Below, piece by piece: positions 57,001-64,000 of a stretch of 64,000 nt of DNA. This stretch comes from Paraspadella gotoi (taxonomy: Eukaryota > Animalia > Chaetognatha). A model generated the notes under the pieces. It was not told where the DNA came from. It made no database searches and saw only the letters and a list, made by a program, of their open reading frames with translations. The position numbers and the translations under genes are program-made. The stretch spans positions 24,718,688 through 24,782,687 of the forward strand of contig CM119263.1 in assembly GCA_051294375.1 (NCBI GenBank). The letters are read 5' to 3'. The stretch's first letter is position 1; the number at the start of each line of letters is the position of its first letter.

Positions 57001-58625
57001 ATGGCGGAAGAAAGTACTCAAATGGCCAACTTTTTCTACAACGCCGTCACAAAGCTTCAAAAAGAAAATTCGAGTCTCCACGAAACATTAACAAACAACG
57101 CCCACCATATCATAAAATGGAAATCCGATAACGACTTAGATTTTTTGAAAACTCAGCCAGATAAAATTCGACAGGCGGAAGTGGACTTGGCGTCTATGAA
57201 AACAAAACGCGATTCGTTAAAAAAGGAAACTTCTCCGGAAACGTTAGAAACATCTCGGTTGATTTTAGAATGCGATAAAAAACTGGCTGAAGTGGAGAAA
57301 GAGAAGGAGGAACTTTTAGAGAAAATTAGACAAATGGACAAACAACTCTCGACGAATTTGACATCGAAGTCGTCACACGAACGACGATTGAGACATTTAG
57401 AAAAACAAGACGAAGATAGGTTTTTACTTAAAAAGAGAAAGGCCGACGAAGCTTGCAACGAAAGAGAAACAAAGAAGGTTAGACTAGAAAATGATTACGT
57501 CGATTTTGCGAATTCTACAATAAAACTTAATTTCTCCGATGACGAGGACGTCTCTTACAAAATGCGAGAAATAAGGTTGGTCTCAGGATAGTTGAACATA
57601 ACCGATATTGCGACCATCACAATAGTTATGTACGAAATTGTGACTTTTTGTTTGGATTGAAGACTCTATTGAATGCAGACGACGAGAGTCCAAATATTTG
57701 CAACTTAAACGTTAAACCAATTAAATTGAACGAAGAGAAACTGTCAACCGTTCCAACCCAAGGCCGTTCCAAGGGATTCCACGACGAAGATTCGCCATCA
57801 ACGTCACTCGAAGCGACAAGAAAAAACAAGGAGATCCGAGCGAACGAAAACACTAACGAAAAAGAGAACGAGCAAGAAACGGTACCATCTACAAGCCTCG
57901 GTGAAACGGGATCTTTTTGTCAAATGCCCCACGACAACGAGTTGCTACCAGAAAACCCCATTGCATTTTCGTCGCCAGAACAAGTGGAAGAGAGTAACTA
58001 TTTTTTCGCGAAAACGCCAACTCCTCCAAATAAAATTTCAACCAAATCAACTGCCTTCGTGTCAACGCCTTCTCCAAAAAAAAAAACAGTTAAAAAATTG
58101 TTTACCCCCCCGTCCAACTCCCCCATCCCACATCCCACGATGCAAACGCAAGCGATCCTATGTGCCAAGAAAAAGAACCGAATGTGCGAATTTTAAACTT
58201 TAGCCCACCTCCCGAAATCGCCCCTTCATGGAATCTTAATAGAGTCACCATTTCCACTCCAGATAAACCAGGCCAATTTGGCCAACGCGATCCCATAATC
58301 AGCGTCACGGTGACGCCGACAAATAAAAAAAAGTCACTTTCACCCAAAGAACAAGATAGTGTCGAAGCATTGTCAGTGTTCATTAATGACTGCGATAGCC
58401 ATGGAAACGTCGAAGGTCTGACAACAAATGCATCCAGTTTCCAGCTTTTTACACCAGACGAGAGGCCAAGTACTAGTACGGGTTTTGATCAAACAAACAA
58501 TACCTTGGTCCCGATAAATCACCAGTTGATAGAAATCATGGGTAGTTGGGACGACGCGGGCACCGCTGAACCAGTAATAACAGATGACATCATGAAAGAA
58601 GCCCTACAAACGGCGAGTTTGTCAG
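57001..58625 (+). CDS. Coiled-coil plus Ser/Thr/Pro-rich disordered protein, 5' part (three overlapping frames)
   Basis: ORFs 56989-57591 (heptad K/E/L-rich, KKRK), ~57545-58196 and 58160-58654 overlap end to end and join by two small frameshifts. Acceptor at ~56995; phase-1 donor G|gtcagt at 58625. Confidence 0.6.
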
Positions 58626-59111
58626 GTCAGTGTCTATTTCATTTATCATTGTGATGTTTTTTTTTTGTTGTTTTCTTTGTTGTTTTTTTTTTGTAATGTA
58701 TATGAAATCGTTGTTATTCCGTTTTTCACAATACAAAAAAAAATTAATACATTTCGTTCACACTTCGAAACATATTTTGTGATAAAAATACTGTGTCTTG
58801 TTAAATGCCATCTTGTTTATTTTTGAGGAATGGTATAAACCAAAACTATATTGTATTTTTTTTAAATTGAAAAGAAAAAATGAAAATATATTCGGGAACT
58901 GAAAATAAATTACAACTAATTTTCAATATTCTGTCTAATTTCACAGACCAGGCCTTATATGCAAATGAGATCCAGAAAGAGTCACTTTAAACAAATGAGC
59001 AAGCTGGGGCAAGCCAGGCCACAAAAAGTTGATTCTAAACTTTATTTTTAAAATAAATATTTTTTTTTATTAAATGTTTGCATTAAATTTTGTTTATATT
59101 TCACTTAACAG

Positions 59112-60064
59112 ATTCGCAATTACAACGAGTCAATTCGTCGACGAATCAGACGGCGAACCCGGTTTTTGCGAAAGTATTCGACGGCGCACTTCCAGTCGAG
59201 GGCCACGTGGACGTCGTAATAGATTCGCAATTACAACAAGTTAATTTGTCGACTGATGACCAGGCTAACTCGGTTTTCGCGACAGCATTTGATGGGGTAC
59301 TTCCGGTAGAAGCCCTCGCGGGTGTTGTGGCAAGTTGGACTCCCACTACAGCGATAGAGGATCCGGCCAAACCTAGCTTAAAAGGGAAAAAAAAATACAA
59401 AACTGTAGCCAATTTGGTTTCGGCGTTTGATCTAGAGAATCCGACGTCGGCCATGCAACTGCTAAAAAGGATATGTTTATTGTGCCTCAGGATTACAACT
59501 AAGATGAAGGTCCATAACCTGGCAATTCACCTCGCAAACACTTGTCTCGTGGCAAAAAAACTCATCCCTGCATTAGGTTCACAGATAAATGGAAACGTTG
59601 ATGATACAAGATTCAGCGCTTTCATTTGCAACCACAACCACTGCAAAGACACCATTGTCGCTCTCGACTCCGACTTAGAAGATGGTGCCTTTATTAGACA
59701 CTTTAGAAAAATGCACGCAGGCACATATTTTCGAAAATGTTTTAAAATGAATATGAGGCGCATCTCCCTGAGGGAGACGGCGCTCAATTTTTATTACTGC
59801 CCCTTTTGCGAGTCCAATTCCCGCGTCATTGATAACTGCAGGGGGGTAATTATGTGTCACATTTTTGAAGATCACCCTGGGGCACAAATGCCATGCGTTA
59901 TTTGCTCCGTCTTAATTGTGGCACAAGACTTGAGGAGTCACATTGTTAAACATCTGAAGGAGGACGACCTCCTTCAGATGAGAGGAGAACGACTCTCTGT
60001 AGGGGCTGTAACTTTGAAATGTGTTCCATCAACCATGTCAGGACACATTCGCCAAATTGCGTAA
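59112..60064 (+). CDS. Terminal exon with a 2x37-aa repeat and about four divergent zinc fingers
   Basis: ttaacag acceptor, phase 1. Motifs CLLC...HLANTC, CNHNHC...HFRKMH, CPFC...HIFEDH and CVIC...HIVKH. DSQLQ...FDGxLPVE repeat with a 111-bp period. Confidence 0.72.
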
Positions 60065-60298
60065 AGGGAATTCCAAGGTACACAATGGAAAATTATGGAA
60101 AAGTTTTCCTATATGATTGCACCGACGTTGTCAAAACTCAGGTCTGCTGTCTATTTGCAGAGTTGCCATAATTAAATTCCGAGGCGAAGAGTTTATATCC
60201 GAAGAAGCCCAGTATCTCGTCAGTTTTGTCGTCTTTGACTTTATTACACGATTAGCCCATGTCTATGCCTTTTTATCAGGCGTTTTTATTTTTTTTTA

Positions 60299-60400
60299 TT
60301 ATCTAGTCCATGGTCGATATTTCCCTTATTTGTATGACTTATGTGGTTTTTATATTATCTAGTCCATTGTCGCTATTTTCCTTATTTGTACGACTTATGG
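60299..60400. repeat. ~57-bp tandem duplication
   Basis: ttatctagtccat(g/t)gtcg(a/c)tattt.ccttatttgta.gacttatg occurs twice. Confidence 0.8.
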
Positions 60401-60703
60401 GGTATATATACACAATGTTAATTTTTATTTCTAAAATTTTATATATTAAATATCGATAAACCTTGAATTTTTTTTTTCATAAACAAAAGGACAAGCTGAA
60501 TCAAAATGTTAGATCTTTATAGATGTCGAGTTGATTTTTCGAGTGTCTTTTTTTTTCTCCATTATCGATATAACCATTTTGCATATAGTTAGTTATATTT
60601 TTTACTCGTTCTCAATGAAAATTGTTATGCCTTTCCTGTCTCAGCAATATAAATCTGGTACATTTTCATAGGGCGTTTGTTTTTAAACATTGATAAATTT
60701 AAA

Positions 60704-62651
60704 ATGGAACAAGAAGACAGCGGTCAATACATGCTTAACATCAGACAGGACGATATCAGCTTTTTTAAAAAACCTTTCCAAGAATCTCTGTGCTTTAGAG
60801 AAATTTACCAAAAAATTAGCACGAATAAAACTTGTTTAATAATTTTGCATCACAAAAACAATAATCCGGACATGGTAACGTGTCTGCATGTTCTATTCAA
60901 AGCCCTTCATAAATCTAAAAAGAGGTCCATAATTTCGGAAATATTCACGAGGAGTGGACTGCTTTTCCCCAAGCACGGAGATAACAAAGAGTTTGAAAGA
61001 TATTTTCGGGACAATTGTGTAACATTTCTCAAGCAATTCCAGATCGTCATTTCAGAATCCCTACTAAACTCCGAGACACAGGAGTATATATGGAATCGTA
61101 CTCACGTCCAGTCTGACAATTATCTCCCAGTCTTAAATTCGCTCGACCTAATTCACGCTGGTCTTAGCTCACAGGAGTTCAGGCTCACTCGCCCACAATC
61201 GGCCTGGTCGACCTGCCTAGCACCTTTGGCATTTTACAAGACGAAGGGGCGCAAGAGCTCTTCGTGTGTGACAACCGAAATCGATAGTGATTCCGATGAA
61301 AGTGATAGTAAGAGAGTCAAAATAGTCGATCCGGAGATACAAAAACTACAGGACATCGTTAAGAATGACAAATCGGTTGTCCGGAAAATGAAATGCTACC
61401 AACTTTTAGAAACACNNNNNNNNNNNNNNNNNNTTAGAAATTATGACCAACTAAAGTCTTCGCTCACAGCAGATGAATTAGAGGTAGTCGTCTGTGGGAG
61501 TGAAAATGTAAAAAAGGTGAGCGAAGAGATAATTTTTAACAAAAACCTCAAGTTTTACGAAGAACGATTTAATCTCAGTTATTTTGAAAAGCTTGACTCA
61601 AAATTTGGACCGGCTTTAAAAACGGCACTTGACAACCACAGAGAAGTTATCTTGCAATCAACACAGTATTTGAGGAGATTTTTAATTGCTCAGGGAATTT
61701 TCGACGTTAAACTATTTTTGGCATTTTTGGTCAAATTTTTCAGTACGTCTCATCTTAATTTAATTGGAAAAGAAAACCCAGAAGATAAATGGCTAAAGAG
61801 CGACCCCACCGTGAACGCTTCGAATCGCAAACGAAACTGTATTTATATCTCAGGCGAGTTTTAAAATATTGCAGTAATGTTATAGTAATATTGTTGTGAG
61901 TTTCTAAGAAATGTTATCCATCCCAACGAATATAATAAAATAAACGAAATTAAAAATTTTAATGTGTAATTAATTAAATTCTATTTGATTTGTAGGTTTA
62001 TCAAACACTGGCAAGTCGCTACTAATTAATCTCATTGTTGACTGTCTTCAATGTGGCTCTCTCGTGACTGGTTCGTCATTCGCTTTTTCGGATTTAGCCG
62101 TGCAGGGGTGAGATCATGTGACTGTTCAGTTGGACGTCGCCATATTGGGCCCATCTTTCCTTTCTCCTCTGTTGTTTTTTTTTTTTGCCGCAGCGTCGAA
62201 TGTTTACGCCACGATGAACTTTCAACGGGATCCGGTTCAAAAATTAGCGTCAATGCCCTGAAACTACTCTTTGGTGGGGAGCGTCTTGGCGTCAATCGTA
62301 AATTCAAATCTTCCCGATTCATTTCTGGCATTCCAGTTATCGTCTCTTCTAATCAATCTATCGACGAATTATGCGACAACCCAGTTGATATGCCGCGTTG
62401 AGGTCACGTTCAGTCGAATTAAAATTTTCCGTTCCAATTTTAAACGAGAAGCACTCAAAGACATAGCCCGCGTGAGGCAAGCTTATGGACTGCCCGATCA
62501 CATTAAAACTATCCCCGAGAATGACAATTATTTACACTCGGAGGCATTATTAATGTTATTTAAGTATTATTATAAAGATTCTTTCGGGCAACCACCCCCC
62601 CTCGTCGACGATATATCAGTTACTGATTTTTTAAACCCCCGTTTTAAATAA
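60704..62651 (+). CDS. Spliced superfamily-3 helicase/Rep, parvovirus NS1-like
   Basis: Exons 60704-61853, 61996-62107 and 62194-62651. Splicing rebuilds Walker A RKRNCIYISG|LSNTGKS, FAFSDL, Walker B CLRHDE, B' LKLLFGGERLGVNRKFKSS and motif C PVIVSSN. An Arg-finger-like ALRSR appears in a shifted frame near 62390-62410. There is a short N gap in exon 1. Confidence 0.85.
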
Positions 62652-62814
62652 AAAAAATATATGCGATGGGCTAGAACCCCAGACCTTTTGGTTATGAGAC
62701 GAGACGAACTCTCCCTCTCTCTCTCTCCCTCTCTCTTCTGCATTTAATTTTTAAACTCGTTGTCCTCGATACCGAGGTGATTCGAATTGATTTGTTTACA
62801 GAAATTTCAACGAC

Positions 62815-63458
62815 ATGATGTCCCAAGACGAGAGCTTTTCGAATAAACTGGAAGATCTCCTTCGCGACGAATGGAAAAATGCGATGAATGCCACTCCCAG
62901 TCCGATAAAGGGCGATCTCATGCAATTGCCTACACCAAAACACGTCCCACGACATATAACACACAAAAGGAACGAGGATGACCTCGACAATACATTACCA
63001 GACAAGGACAAACGGCGCATGGCCCATAAAGGCGACAAAGACGACTTGGACAAAGATTCTTTCTCGGACGACGACAACATCTTCAAAGACGAAAAACTCA
63101 TTGCGGGCCTCGAGGATCGCACACCTAAATATGTATATGAAAAGAAAACCACCACCCCAAGAGGCCACAAAACTACAAAAAAAATTTTATCTCGGGGGAA
63201 CTTTAACTTCGATGCTGACAATTTTCCAAGCCAATCGAAGCAATCGTGCTTAGACTTTTTTTGGGGAAAAAAAAACCAAATCATGGCTATGAGACACGGA
63301 GGATAAAAATAAAAGTGTCCTTAGCAACGCGAGAAGCTCGTTCGTGTGGAAGAACGCCCAATCTCCAATTCGAACGCCCACGCCAACCCCTAAAAGATTT
63401 CACGACGCCTCGGTTCAAACCGAGGACGATATCCAAAAAAAAAAAAGCAAAACAGTGA
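62815..63458 (+). CDS. Charged low-complexity orphan protein (D/K-rich with basic C-terminus)
   Basis: 163-aa ORF after a tttacag acceptor. It probably continues into the 63246-63458 frame through a slip in the A-run at ~63266. Confidence 0.5.
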
Positions 63459-63752
63459 CTATCACTACTACAGAAGTCAGTTATTTCGAATACTAACTAC
63501 ATCGTGTCAACTCTCAGCCATTGTCTCATCTTGTAATAAACACAACGCCTCTCTCTCTGTTTCTGTTTTTCTCTTCTCTCTCCATCTTCTCTTTTCTTCA
63601 TTTCTTCCTTTTTTTTAAACCCAGTTCCATCTAATGTGTACATTTTTTACGTTTTTATTCAATGATACTGTTTTAACCCCGCAATATATTTTAATGTATA
63701 TGTTTAAGGTTTGTCGTGTACTAACTAATTCGAATTTTTATTCCCATTTCAG

Positions 63753-64000
63753 ATGAAAATTTTATCGTTTCCTTCGAGTTGACGCTTGTCCAGTCGTGTG
63801 AATCACCCGTTGCAACTTTAGTTTTCGACTAAACCAATTGGGAAAAGGTTAGTTTTTATTTTCTTTGTTTTTTTTTTCCGAGAAGTTTTATATAAGTTGT
63901 TATCCGCCCTTACCAGCTATCGCCGAAACAAACACGTCGGTGATGACATTTCCACGGTTGTCGTCGAGATGATCCAAGAGTCTTTCCCCGCCCGCCCATT
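63753..64000 (+). CDS. Exon-like fragments of a further spliced gene running off the window
   Basis: tttcag|63753...AAG|gttagt at ~63847, then ttaccag|63917 translating YRRNKHVGDDISTVVVEMIQESFPARP, open to the end. The first block has a stop in the best frame. Confidence 0.3.

Larger units (their letters stand above)
49295..64000. mobile_element. Large endogenous virus-like or self-replicating DNA element with a spliced parvovirus-NS1-like helicase; right end beyond the window
   Basis: Abrupt switch to gene-dense sequence with short introns. SF3 helicase motifs, orphan paralogues, a membrane protein and a zinc-finger gene are present, with subterminal repeats after AGTAGT at 49295. The left boundary is inferred. 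Confidence 0.7.

Noticed and set aside
60704-62651. Helitron RepHel or Polinton D5-like assignment for the helicase
   Set aside because: The motifs are parvovirus-type SF3 (GG...V..K, PVIVSSN), with no Pif1 SF1 motifs and no recognisable primase domain.

Overview
This is eukaryotic DNA, most likely from an invertebrate animal, in a gappy and indel-rich draft assembly. Most ORF-track entries are (GA/CT)n or N-run artefacts. About 1-49.3 kb is host DNA: three clear minus-strand exons of a WDR54-like WD40 gene and one probable further exon, with introns full of microsatellites and repeats. That part also holds multi-kb inverted duplications that look like fold-back or amplification chimeras. From about 49.3 kb to the window end the sequence becomes a compact, gene-dense, virus-like or mobile cassette of at least 14.7 kb. 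It has a candidate AGTAGT terminus with palindromic subterminal repeats, two paralogous 3-exon orphan genes, a repeat/Thr-rich membrane protein, a CCAAT-array promoter and a coiled-coil/zinc-finger gene. Its key gene is a spliced parvovirus-NS1-like superfamily-3 helicase with a degenerate HUH-like N-terminus. No capsid, polymerase or integrase is visible in the window. Protein comparisons are from remembered family motifs, not database searches.
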